Notes under the pieces: model-generated | Databases searched by the model: none | Seen by the model: the letters and a program-made list of their open reading frames with translations, nothing else | Told to the model about the DNA's origin: nothing | Made by a program: the position numbers and the translations under genes | Part shown: in pieces, positions 1 to 15,000 of the stretch | How the letters are laid out: every line of letters starts with the position of its first letter | How positions within the stretch are numbered: position 1 is the first letter of the stretch | NCBI GenBank assembly: GCA_032718475.1 | Contig: JAUCBJ010000742.1 | Span: forward strand, 64,123-128,122 | Length of the DNA: 64,000 bases | Direction of reading: 5' to 3' | Source: Nemertoderma westbladi | Lineage: Eukaryota; Animalia; Xenacoelomorpha

Positions 1-3000
1 GTAAACTACAACCCAGGACAGGTGAGATATTGCGAAAATACAACCAGGACAGGTGAGATATTGCGAAAATACAACCAGGACAGGTGAGATATTGGGAAAC
101 TACAACCCAAGACAGGTGAGATATTGGTAAACTACAACCCAGGACAGGTGAGATATTGGTAAACTACAACCCAGGACAGGTGAGATATTGCGAAAATACA
201 ACCTAGGACAGGTGAGATATTGCGAAAATACAACCAGGACAGGTGAGATATTGGGAAACTACAACCCAGGACAGGTGAGATATTGGTAAACTACAACCCA
301 GGGCAGGTGAGATATTGGTAAACTACAAACCAGGACAGGTGAGATATTGGTAAACTACAACCCAGGATAGGTGAGATATTGGTAAACTACAACCCAGGAC
401 AGGTGAGATATTGGTAAACTACAACCCAGGACAGGTGAGATATTGCGAAAATACAACCAGGACAGGTGAGATATTGGGAAACTACAACCCAGGACAGGTG
501 AGATATTGCGAAAATACAACCTAGGACAGGTGAGATATTGCGAAAATACAACCAGGACAGGTGAGATATTGGTAAACTACAACCCAGGACAGGTGAGATA
601 TTGCGAAAATACAACCTAGGACAGGTGAGATATTGCGAAAATACAACCAGGACAGGTGAGATATTGGGAAACTACAACCCAGGACAGGTGAGATATTGGT
701 AAACTACAACCCAGGGCAGGTGAGATATTGGTAAACTACAAACCAGGACAGGTGAGATATTGGTAAACTACAACCCAGGATAGGTGAGATATTGGTAAAC
801 TACAACCCAGGACAGGTGAGATATTGGTAAACTACAACCCAGGACAGGTGAGATATTGCGAAAATACAACCAGGACAGGTGAGATATTGGTAAACTACAA
901 CCCGGGACAGGTGAGATATTGGTAAACTACAACCCAGGACAGGTGAGATATTGGTAAACTACAACCCAGGACAGGTGAGATATTGGTAAACTACAACCTA
1001 AGGACAGGTGAGATATTGCGAAAATACAACCCGGGACAGGTGAGATATTGCGAAAATACAACCCAGGACAGGTGAGATATTGGGAAACTACAACCCAGGA
1101 CAGGTGAGATATTGGTAAACTACAACCCAGGACAGGTGAGATATTGGTAAACTACAACCCAGGGCAGGTGAGATATTGGTAAACTACAACCCAGGACAGG
1201 TGAGATATTGGTAAACTACAACCCAGGACAGGTGAGATATTGCGAAAATACAACCCAGGACAGGTGAGATATTGGTAAACTACAACCCAGGACAGGTGAG
1301 ATATTGGTAAACTACAACCCAGGACAGGTGAGATATTGGTAAACTACAACCCAGGACAGGTGAGATATTGGTAAACTACAACCCGGGACAGGTGAGATAT
1401 TGGTAAACTACAACCCAGGACAGGTGAGATATTGGTAAACTACAACCCAGGACAGGTGAGATATTGGGAAAATACAACCAGGACAGGTGAGATATTGCGA
1501 AAATACAACCAGGACAGGTGAGATATTGGTAAACTACAACCCAGGACAGGTGAGATATTGGTAAACTACAACCCAGGGCAGGTGAGATATTGGTAAACTA
1601 CAACCCAGGACAGGTGAGATATTGGGAAACTACAACCAGGACAGGTGAGATATTGCGAAAATACAACCCAGGACAGGTGAGATATTGGGAAACTACAACC
1701 CAGGGCAGGTGAGATATTGGTAAACTACAACCCAGGGCAGGTGAGATATTGCGAAAATACAACCAGGACAGGTGAGATATTGCGAAAATACAACCAGGAC
1801 AGGTGAGATATTGGTAAACTACAACCAGGACAGGTGAGATATTGCGAAAATACAACCAGGACAGGTGAGATATTGGTAAACTACAACCAGGACAGGTGAG
1901 ATATTGCGAAAATACAACCAGGACAGGTGAGATATTGGTAAACTACAACCCAGGGCAGGTGAGATATTGCGAAAATACAACCAGGACAGGTGAGATATTG
2001 CGAAAATACAACCAGGACAGGTGAGATATTGGTAAACTACAACCAGGACAGGTGAGATATTGCGAAAATACAACCAGGACAGGTGAGATATTGCGAAAAT
2101 ACAACCCAGGACAGGTGAGATATTGGTAAACTACAACCCAGGGCAGGTGAGATATTGGTAAACTACAACCCAGGGCAGGTGAGATATTGCGAAAATACAA
2201 CCAGGACAGGTGAGATATTGGGAAACTACAACCAGGACAGGTGAGATATTGGTAAACTACAACCCAGGGCAGGTGAGATATTGCGAAAATACAACCAGGA
2301 CAGGTGAGATATTGGGAAACTACAACCAGGACAGGTGAGATATTGGTAAACTACAACCAGGACAGGTGAGATATTGGTAAACTACAACCCAGGACAGGTG
2401 AGATATTGGTAAACTACAACCCAGGACAGGTGAGATATTGGGAAAATACAACCCAGGACAGGTGAGATATTGGTAAACTACAACCCAGGGCAGGTGAGAT
2501 ATTGGTAAACTACAACCCAGGGCAGGTGAGATATTGCGAAAATACAACCAGGACAGGTGAGATATTGGTAAACTACAACCCAGGGCAGGTGAGATATTGG
2601 TAAACTACAACCCAGGGCAGGTGAGATATTGCGAAAATACAACCAGGACAGGTGAGATATTGCGAAAATACAACCAGGGCAGGTGAGATATTGGGAAAAT
2701 ACAACCAGGACAGGTGAGATATTGGTAAACTACAACCCAGGACAGGTGAGATATTGGTAAACTACAACCCAGGACAGGTGAGATATTGCGAAAATACAAC
2801 CAGGACAGGTGAGATATTGGTAAACTACAACCCAGGGCAGGTGAGATATTGGTTAACTACAACCCAGGACAGGTGAGATATTGGTAAACTACAACCCAGG
2901 ACAGGTGAGATATTGGTAAACTACAACCCAGGACAGGTGAGATATTGGTAAACTACAACCCAGGACAGGTGAGATATTGGTAAACTACAACCCAGGACAG

Positions 3001-6000
3001 GTGAGATATTGGTAAACTACAACCAGGACAGGTGAGATATTGCGAAAATACAACCAGGACAGGTGAGATATTGGTAAACTACAACCCAGGACAGGTGAGA
3101 TATTGGTAAACTACAACCCAGGGCAGGTGAGATATTGGTAAACTACAACCCAGGACAGGTGAGATATTGGTAAACTACAACCAGGACAGGTGAGATATTG
3201 CGAAAATACAACCCAGGACAGGTGAGATATTGCGAAAATACAACCAGGACAGGTGAGATATTGGGAAACTACAACCCAGGACAGGTGAGATATTGGTAAA
3301 CTACAACCCAGGACAGGTGAGATATTGGTAAACTACAACCCAGGACAGGTGAGATATTGGTAAACTACAACCCAGGACAGGTGAGATATTGGTAAACTAC
3401 AACCAGGACAGGTGAGATATTGCGAAAATACAACCAGGACAGGTGAGATATTGGTAAACTACAACCCAGGACAGGTGAGATATTGGTAAACTACAACCCA
3501 GGGCAGGTGAGATATTGGTAAACTACAACCCAGGGCAGGTGAGATATTGGTAAACTACAACCCAGGACAGGTGAGATATTGCGAAAATACAACCTAGGAC
3601 AGGTGAGATATTGCGAAAATACAACCAGGACAGGTGAGATATTGGTAAACTACAACCCAGGACAGGTGAGATATTGGTAAACTACAACCCAGGGCAGGTG
3701 AGATATTGGTAAACTACAACCCAGGGCAGGTGAGATATTGGTAAACTACAACCCAGGTCAGGTGAGATATTGGTAAACTACAACCCAGGACAGGTGAGAT
3801 ATTGGTAAACTACAACCCAGGACAGGTGAGATATTGGTAAACTACAACCCAGGACAGGTGAGATATTGGGAAAATACAACCCAGGACAGGTGAGATATTG
3901 CGAAAATACAACCCAGGACAGGTGAGATATTGGTAAACTACAACCCAGGACAGGTGAGATATTGGGAAAATACAACCCAGGACAGGTGAGATATTGCGAA
4001 AATACAACCCAGGACAGGTGAGATATTGCGAAAATACAACCAGGACAGGTGAGATATTGGTAAACTACAACCCAGGACAGGTGAGATATTGGTAAACTAC
4101 AACCCAGGACAGGTGAGATATTGGGAAAATACAACCCAGGACAGGTGAGATATTGCGAAAATACAACCAGGACAGGTGAGATATTGGTAAACTACAACCC
4201 AGGACAGGTGAGATATTGGTAAACTACAACCCAGGACAGGTGAGATATTGCGAAAATACAACCCAGGACAGGTGAGATATTGCGAAAATACAACCAGGAC
4301 AGGTGAGATATTGGTAAACTACAACCCAGGACAGGTGAGATATTGGTAAACTACAACCCAGGACAGGTGAGATATTGGTAAACTACAACCCAGGGCAGGT
4401 GAGATATTGGTAAACTACAACCCAGGACAGGTGAGATATTGCGAAAATACAACCAGGACAGGTGAGATATTGCGAAAATACAACCAGGACAGGTGAGATA
4501 TTGGTAAACTACAACCCAGGGCAGGTGAGATATTGCGAAAATACAACCCAGGACAGGTGAGATATTGCGAAAATACAACCAGGGCAGGTGAGATATTGCG
4601 AAAATACAACCAGGACAGGTGAGATATTGCGAAAATACAACCAGGACAGGTGAGATATTGGTAAACTACAACCCAGGGCAGGTGAGATATTGCGAAAATA
4701 CAACCCAGGACAGGTGAGATATTGCGAAAATACAACCAGGGCAGGTGAGATATTGGTAAACTACAACCAGGACAGGTGAGATATTGCGAAAATACAACCA
4801 GGACAGGTGAGATATTGGTAAACTACAACCCAGGGCAGGTGAGATATTGCGAAAATACAACCAGGACAGGTGAGATATTGCGAAAATACAACCCAGGACA
4901 GGTGAGATATTGGTAAACTACAACCCAGGACAGGTGAGATATTGCGAAAATACAACCTAGGACAGGTGAGATATTGCGAAAATACAACCAGGACAGGTGA
5001 GATATTGCGAAAATACAACCAGGACAGGTGAGATATTGGTAAACTACAACCCAGGGCAGGTGAGATATTGGTAAACTACAACCCAGGGCAGGTGAGATAT
5101 TGGTAAACTACAACCCAGGACAGGTGAGATATTGCGAAAATACAACCTAGGACAGGTGAGATATTGCGAAAATACAACCAGGACAGGTGAGATATTGGTA
5201 AACTACAACCCAGGGCAGGTGAGATATTGGTAAACTACAACCCAGGGCAGGTGAGATATTGGTAAACTACAACCCAGGACAGGTGAGATATTGCGAAAAT
5301 ACAACCTAGGACAGGTGAGATATTGCGAAAATACAACCAGGACAGGTGAGATATTGGTAAACTACAACCCAGGACAGGTGAGATATTGGTAAACTACAAC
5401 CCAGGGCAGGTGAGATATTGGTAAACTACAACCCAGGGCAGGTGAGATATTGGTAAACTACAACCCAGGACAGGTGAGATATTGCGAAAATACAACCCAG
5501 GACAGGTGAGATATTGGTAAACTACAACCCAGGACAGGTGAGATATTGGTAAACTACAACCCAGGACAGGTGAGATATTGGTAAACTACAACCCAGGGCA
5601 GGTGAGATATTGGTAAACTACAACCCAGGACAGGTGAGATATTGGTAAACTACAACCCAGGGCAGGTGAGATATTGGTAAACTACAACCCAGGGCAGGTG
5701 AGATATTGGTAAACTACAACCCAGGACAGGTGAGATATTGGTAAACTACAACCCAGGGCAGGTGAGATATTGGTAAACTACAACCCAGGACAGGTGAGAT
5801 ATTGGTAAACTACAACCCAGGGCAGGTGAGATATTGGTAAACTACAACCCAGGACAGGTGAGATATTGGTAAACTACAACCCAGGGCAGGTGAGATATTG
5901 GTAAACTACAACCCAGGGCAGGTGAGATATTGGTAAACTACAACCCAGGACAGGTGAGATATTGGTAAACTACAACCCAGGGCAGGTGAGATATTGGTAA

Positions 6001-9000
6001 ACTACAACCCAGGACAGGTGAGATATTGGTAAACTACAACCCAGGACAGGTGAGATATTGCGAAAATACAACCCAGGACAGGTGAGATATTGGTAAACTA
6101 CAACCCAGGACAGGTGAGATATTGGTAAACTACAACCCAGGACAGGTGAGATATTGGTAAACTACAACCCAGGGCAGGTGAGATATTGGTAAACTACAAC
6201 CCAGGACAGGTGAGATATTGGTAAACTACAACCCAGGGCAGGTGAGATATTGGTAAACTACAACCCAGGACAGGTGAGATATTGGTAAACTACAACCCAG
6301 GACAGGTGAGATATTGGTAAACTACAACCCAGGACAGGTGAGATATTGGTAAACTACAACCCAGGACAGGTGAGATATTGGTAAACTACAACCCAGGGCA
6401 GGTGAGATATTGGTAAACTACAACCTAGGACAGGTGAGATATTGCGAAAATACAACCAGGACAGGTGAGATATTGGTAAACTACAACCCAGGATAGGTGA
6501 GATATTGGTAAACTACAACCCAGGACAGGTGAGATATTGCGAAAATACAACCAGGACAGGTGAGATATTGGTAAACTACAACCCGGGGCAGGTGAGATAT
6601 TGGTAAACTACAACCCAGGACAGGTGAGATATTGGTAAACTACAACCCAGGTCAGGTGAGATATTGGTAAACTACAACCCAGGACAGGTGAGATATTGGT
6701 AAACTACAACCCAGGTCAGGTGAGATATTGGTAAACTACAACCCAGGATAGGTGAGATATTGGTAAACTACAACCCAGGACAGGTGAGATATTGCGAAAA
6801 TACAACCAGGACAGGTGAGATATTGGTAAACTACAACCCAGGACAGGTGAGATATTGGGAAATTACAACCTAAGGACAGGTGAGATATTGGTAAACTACA
6901 ACCCAGGACAGGTAAGATATTGGTAAACTACAACCCAGGATAGGTGAGATATTGGTAAACTACAACCCAGGACAGGTGAGATATTGCGAAAATACAACCA
7001 GGACAGGTGAGATATTGGTAAACTACAACCCAGGATAGGTGAGATATTGGTAAACTACAACCCAGGACAGGTGAGATATTGCGAAAATACAACCAGGACA
7101 GGTGAGATATTGGTAAACTACAACCCAGGACAGGTGAGATATTGGTAAAATACAACCAGGACAGGTGAGATATTGGTAAACTACAACCCAGGACAGGTGA
7201 GATATTGGTAAACTACAACCCAGGACAGGTGAGATATTGGTAAACTACAACCCAGGACAGGTGAGATATTGGTAAACTACAACCCAGGACAGGTGAGATA
7301 TTGGGAAATTACAACCTAAGGACAGGTGAGATATTGGTAAACTACAACCCAGGACAGGTAAGATATTGGTAAACTACAACCCAGGACAGGTGAGATATTG
7401 GTAAACTACAACCCAGGACAGGTGAGATATTGGTAAACTACAACCCAGGACAGGTGAGATATTGGTAAACTACAACCCAGGACAGGTGAGATATTGGTAA
7501 ACTACAACCCAGGACAGGTGAGATATTGGTAAACTACAACCCAGGACAGGTGAGATATTGGTAAACTACAACCCAGGATAGGTGAGATATTGCGAAAATA
7601 CAACCCAGGACAGGTGAGATATTGGTAAACTACAACCCAGGGCAGGTGAGATATTGGTAAACTACAACCCAGGACAGGTGAGATATTGGTAAACTACAAC
7701 CCAGGATAGGTGAGATATTGCGAAAATACAACCCAGGACAGGTGAGATATTGGTAAACTACAACCCAGGACAGGTGAGATATTGGTAAACTACAACCCAG
7801 GATAGGTGAGATATTGCGAAAATACAACCCAAGACAGATGAGATATTGCGAAAATACAACCCAGGACAGGTGAGATATTGGTAAACTACAACCCAGGACA
7901 GGTGAGATATTGGTAAACTACAACCCAGGATAGGTGAGATATTGCGAAAATACAACCCAGGACAGGTGAGATATTGGTAAACTACAACCCAGGGCAGGTG
8001 AGATATTGGTAAACTACAACCCAGGGCAGGTGAGATATTGGTAAACTACAACCCAGGACAGGTGAGATATTGGGAAACTACAACCCAGGACAGGTGAGAT
8101 ATTGGTAAACTACAACCCAGGGCAGGTGAGATATTGGGAAACTACAACCCAGGACAGGTGAGATATTGGTAAACTACAACCCAGGGCAGGTGAGATATTG
8201 GTAAACTACAACCCAGGGCAGGTGAGATATTGGGAAACTACAACCCAGGACAGGTGAGATATTGGTAAACTACAACCCAGGGCAGGTGAGATATTGGGAA
8301 ACTACAACCCAGGACAGGTGAGATATTGGTAAACTACAACCCAGGGCAGGTGAGATATTGCGAAAATACAACCAGGACAGGTGAGATATTGGTAAACTAC
8401 AACCCAGGACAGGTGAGATATTGGTAAACTACAACCCAGGACAGGTGAGATATTGGTAAACTACAACCCAGGACAGGTGAGATATTGGTAAACTACAACC
8501 CAGGACAGGTGAGATATTGGTAAACTACAACCCAGGACAGGTGAGATATTGCGAAAATACAACCAGGACAGGTGAGATATTGGTAAACTACAACCCAGGA
8601 CAGGTGAGATATTGGTAAACTACAACCCAGGACAGGTGAGATATTGGTAAACTACAACCCAGGACAGGTGAGATATTGCGAAAATACAACCAGGACAGGT
8701 GAGATATTGGTAAACTACAACCCAGGACAGGTGAGATATTGGTAAACTACAACCCAGGACAGGTGAGATATTGGTAAACTACAACCCAGGGCAGGTGAGA
8801 TATTGGGAAACTACAACCCAGGACAGGTGAGATATTGGTAAACTACAACCCAGGACAGGTGAGATATTGCGAAAATACAACCAGGACAGGTGAGATATTG
8901 GTAAACTACAACCCAGGACAGGTGAGATATTGGTAAACTACAACCCAGGACAGGTGAGATATTGGTAAACTACAACCCAGGACAGGTGAGATATTGCGAA

Positions 9001-12000
9001 AATACAACCAGGACAGGTGAGATATTGGTAAACTACAACCCAGGGCAGGTGAGATATTGGTAAACTACAACCCAGGACAGGTGAGATATTGGTAAACTAC
9101 AACCCAGGACAGGTGAGATATTGGTAAACTACAACCCAGGACAGGTGAGATATTGCGAAAATACAACCAGGACAGGTGAGATATTGGGAAACTACAACCC
9201 AGGACAGGTGAGATATTGGTAAACTACAACCCAGGGCAGGTGAGATATTGCGAAAATACAACCAGGACAGGTGAGATATTGGGAAACTACAACCCAGGAC
9301 AGGTGAGATATTGGTAAACTACAACCCAGGGCAGGTGAGATATTGCGAAAATACAACCAGGACAGGTGAGATATTGGTAAACTACAACCCAGGACAGGTG
9401 AGATATTGGTAAACTACAACCCAGGACAGGTGAGATATTGGTAAACTACAACCCAGGACAGGTGAGATATTGGTAAACTACAACCCAGGACAGGTGAGAT
9501 ATTGGTAAACTACAACCCAGGACAGGTGAGATATTGCGAAAATACAACCAGGACAGGTGAGATATTGGTAAACTACAACCCAGGACAGGTGAGATATTGG
9601 TAAACTACAACCCAGGACAGGTGAGATATTGGTAAACTACAACCCAGGACAGGTGAGATATTGCGAAAATACAACCAGGACAGGTGAGATATTGGTAAAC
9701 TACAACCCAGGACAGGTGAGATATTGGTAAACTACAACCCAGGACAGGTGAGATATTGGTAAACTACAACCCAGGGCAGGTGAGATATTGGGAAACTACA
9801 ACCCAGGACAGGTGAGATATTGGTAAACTACAACCCAGGACAGGTGAGATATTGCGAAAATACAACCAGGACAGGTGAGATATTGGTAAACTACAACCCA
9901 GGACAGGTGAGATATTGGTAAACTACAACCCAGGACAGGTGAGATATTGGTAAACTACAACCCAGGACAGGTGAGATATTGCGAAAATACAACCAGGACA
10001 GGTGAGATATTGGTAAACTACAACCCAGGGCAGGTGAGATATTGGTAAACTACAACCCAGGACAGGTGAGATATTGGTAAACTACAACCCAGGACAGGTG
10101 AGATATTGGTAAACTACAACCCAGGACAGGTGAGATATTGCGAAAATACAACCAGGACAGGTGAGATATTGGGAAAATACAACCCAGGACAGGTGAGATA
10201 TTGGTAAACTACAACCCAGGACAGGTGAGATATTGCGAAAATACAACCAGGACAGGTGAGATATTGGTAAACTACAACCCAGGACAGGTGAGATATTGGT
10301 AAACTACAACCCAGGGCAGGTGAGATATTGGGAAAATACAACCAGGACAGGTGAGATATTGGTAAACTACAACCCAGGACAGGTGAGATATTGGGAAACT
10401 ACAACCCAGGGCAGGTGAGATATTGGTAAACTACAACCCAGGACAGGTGAGATATTGCGAAAATACAACCAGGACAGGTGAGATATTGGTAAACTACAAC
10501 CCAGGACAGGTGAGATATTGGTAAACTACAACCCAGGACAGGTGAGATATTGGGAAACTACAACCCAGGGCAGGTGAGATATTGGTAAACTACAACCCAG
10601 GACAGGTGAGATATTGGTAAACTACAACCCAGGACAGGTGAGATATTGGTAAACTACAACCCAGGACAGGTGAGATATTGGTAAACTACAACCCAGGACA
10701 GGTGAGATATTGCGAAAATACAACCAGGACAGGTGAGATATTGGTAAACTACAACCCAGGGCAGGTGAGATATTGGTAAACTACAACCCAGGACAGGTGA
10801 GATATTGGTAAACTACAACCCAGGACAGGTGAGATATTGCGAAAATACAACCAGGACAGGTGAGATATTGGTAAACTACAACCCAGGACAGGTGAGATAT
10901 TGGTAAACTACAACCCAGGACAGGTGAGATATTGGTAAACTACAACCCAGGACAGGTGAGATATTGGGAAACTACAACCCAGGGCAGGTGAGATATTGGT
11001 AAACTACAACCCAGGACAGGTGAGATATTGGTAAACTACAACCCAGGACAGGTGAGATATTGCGAAAATACAACCAGGACAGGTGAGATATTGCGAAAAT
11101 ACAACCAGGACAGGTGAGATATTGCGAAAATACAACCAGGACAGGTGAGATATTGGTAAACTACAACCCAGGGCAGGTGAGATATTGGGAAACTACAACC
11201 CAGGACAGGTGAGATATTGGTAAACTACAACCAGGACAGGTGAGATATTGGTAAACTACAACCCAGGAGAGGTGAGATATTGGTAAACTACAACCCAGGA
11301 CAGGTGAGATATTGGTAAACTACAACCCAGGGCAGGTGAGATATTGCGAAAATACAACCCAGGACAGGTGAGATATTGGTAAACTACAACCCAGGACAGG
11401 TGAGATATTGGTAAACTACAAACCAGGACAGGTGAGATATTGCGAAAATACAACCAGGACAGGTGAGATATTGCGAAAATACAACCAGGACAGGTGAGAT
11501 ATTGGTAAACTACAACCCAGGACAGGTGAGATATTGGTAAACTACAACCCAGGACAGGTGAGATATTGGTAAACTACAACCCAGGACAGGTGAGATATTG
11601 CGAAAATACAACCAGGACAGGTGAGATATTGGTAAACTACAACCCAGGGCAGGTGAGATATTGGTAAACTACAACCCAGGAGAGGTGAGATATTGGTAAA
11701 CTACAAACCAGGACAGGTGAGATATTGGTAAACTACAACCCAGGACAGGTGAGATATTGCGAAAATACAACCAGGACAGGTGAGATATTGCGAAAATACA
11801 ACCAGGACAGGTGAGATATTGCGAAAATACAACCAGGACAGGTGAGATATTGGTAAACTACAACCCAGGGCAGGTGAGATATTGGTAAACTACAACCCAG
11901 GGCAGGTGAGATATTGGTAAACTACAACCCAGGACAGGTGAGATATTGCGAAAATACAACCAGGACAGGTGAGATATTGGTAAACTACAACCCAGGGCAG

Positions 12001-15000
12001 GTGAGATATTGGGAAACTACAACCCAGGACAGGTGAGATATTGGTAAACTACAACCCAGGGCAGGTGAGATATTGGTAAACTACAACCCAGGAGAGGTGA
12101 GATATTGGTAAACTACAAACCAGGACAGGTGAGATATTGCGAAAATACAACCAGGACAGGTGAGATATTGCGAAAATACAACCAGGACAGGTGAGATATT
12201 GGGAAAATACAACCAGGACAGGTGAGATATTGCGAAAATACAACCAGGGCAGGTGAGATATTGGGAAACTACAACCCAGGGCAGGTGAGATATTGGGAAA
12301 CTACAACCTAGGGCAGGTGAGATATTGGTAAACTACAACCCAGGGCAGGTGAGATATTGGTAAACTACAACCCAGGACAGGTGAGATATTGGTAAACTAC
12401 AACCCAGGACAGGTGAGATATTGGGAAACTACAACCCAGGACAGGTGAGATATTGGGAAACTACAACCTAGGGCAGGTGAGATATTGGTAAACTACAACC
12501 CAGGGCAGGTGAGATATTGGTAAACTACAACCCAGGGCAGGTGAGATATTGGGAAACTACAACCCAGGACAGGTGAGATATTGGTAAACTACAACCCAGG
12601 ACAGGTGAGATATTGGGAAACTACAACCCAGGGCAGGTGAGATATTGGGAAACTACAACCCAGGGCAGGTGAGATATTGGTAAACTACAACCCAGGACAG
12701 GTGAGATATTGGGAAACTACAACCCAGGACAGGTGAGATATTGCGAAAATACAACCAGGGCAGGTGAGATATTGGGAAACTACAACCCAGGGCAGGTGAG
12801 ATATTGGGAAACTACAACCTAGGACAGGTGAGATATTGGTAAACTACAACCCAGGACAGGTGAGATATTGGGAAACTACAACCCAGGGCAGGTGAGATAT
12901 TGGGAAACTACAACCCAGGACAGGTGAGATATTGGGAAACTACAACCAGGACAGGTGAGATATTGGTAAACTACAACCCAGGACAGGTGAGATATTGCGA
13001 AAATACAACCAGGGCAGGTGAGATATTGGGAAACTACAACCCAGGGCAGGTGAGATATTGGGAAACTACAACCTAGGGCAGGTGAGATATTGGTAAACTA
13101 CAACCCAGGGCAGGTGAGATATTGGTAAACTACAACCCAGGGCAGGTGAGATATTGCGAAAATACAACCAGGGCAGGTGAGATATTGGGAAACTACAACC
13201 AGGACAGGTGAGATATTGCGAAAATACAACCAGGGCAGGTGAGATATTGGTAAACTACAACCCAGGACAGGTGAGATATTGCGAAAATACAACCAGGGCA
13301 GGTGAGATATTGGTAAACTACAACCCAGGGCAGGTGAGATATTGGGAAACTACAACCAGGACAGGTGAGATATTGGTAAACTACAACCCAGGACAGGTGA
13401 GATATTGCGAAAATACAACCAGGGCAGGTGAGATATTGGTAAACTACAACCCAGGGCAGGTGAGATATTGCGAAAATACAACCAGGGCAGGTGAGATATT
13501 GGTAAACTACAACCCAGGACAGGTGAGATATTGGTAAACTACAACCCAGGACAGGTGAGATATTGGTAAACTACAACCCAAGACAGGTGAGATATTGCGA
13601 AAATACAACCAGGACAGGTGAGATATTGCGAAAATACAACCAGGACAGGTGAGATATTGCGAAAATACAACCAGGACAGGTGAGATATTGCGAAAATACA
13701 ACCAGGACAGGTGAGATATTGGGAAACTACAACCCAAGACAGGTGAGATATTGGTAAACTACAACCCAGGACAGGTGAGATATTGGTAAACTACAACCCA
13801 AGACAGGTGAGATATTGGTAAACTACAACCCAAGACAGGTGAGATATTGGTAAACTACAACCCAGGACAGGTGAGATATTGGTAAACTACAACCCAGGAC
13901 AGGTGAGATATTGCGAAAATACAACCAGGACAGGTGAGATATTGCGAAAATACAACCAGGACAGGTGAGATATTGCGAAAATACAACCAGGACAGGTGAG
14001 ATATTGCGAAAATACAACCAGGACAGGTGAGATATTGGGAAACTACAACCCAAGACAGGTGAGATATTGGTAAACTACAACCCAGGACAGGTGAGATATT
14101 GGTAAACTACAACCCAAGACAGGTGAGATATTGGTAAACTACAACCCAAGACAGGTGAGATATTGGTAAACTACAACCCAGGACAGGTGAGATATTGGTA
14201 AACTACAACCCAGGACAGGTGAGATATTGCGAAAATACAACCAGGACAGGTGAGATATTGCGAAAATACAACCAGGACAGGTGAGATATTGCGAAAATAC
14301 AACCAGGACAGGTGAGATATTGCGAAAATACAACCAGGACAGGTGAGATATTGCGAAAATACAACCAGGACAGGTGAGATATTGGGAAAATACAACCAGG
14401 ACAGGTGAGATATTGGTAAACTACAACCCAAGACAGGTGAGATATTGGTAAACTACAACCCAGGACAGGTGAGATATTGGTAAACTACAACCCAGGACAG
14501 GTGAGATATTGCGAAAATACAACCCAGGACAGGTGAGATATTGCGAAAATACAACCTAGGACAGGTGAGATATTGCGAAAATACAACCAGGACAGGTGAG
14601 ATATTGCGAAAATACAACCAGGACAGGTGAGATATTGCGAAAATACAACCAGGACAGGTGAGATATTGGGAAACTACAACCCAAGACAGGTGAGATATTG
14701 GTAAACTACAACCCAGGACAGGTGAGATATTGGTAAACTACAACCCAGGACAGGTGAGATATTGCGAAAATACAACCTAGGACAGGTGAGATATTGCGAA
14801 AATACAACCAGGACAGGTGAGATATTGCGAAAATACAACCAGGACAGGTGAGATATTGCGAAAATACAACCAGGACAGGTGAGATATTGGGAAACTACAA
14901 CCCAAGACAGGTGAGATATTGGTAAACTACAACCCAGGACAGGTGAGATATTGGTAAACTACAACCCAGGACAGGTGAGATATTGGTAAACTACAACCCA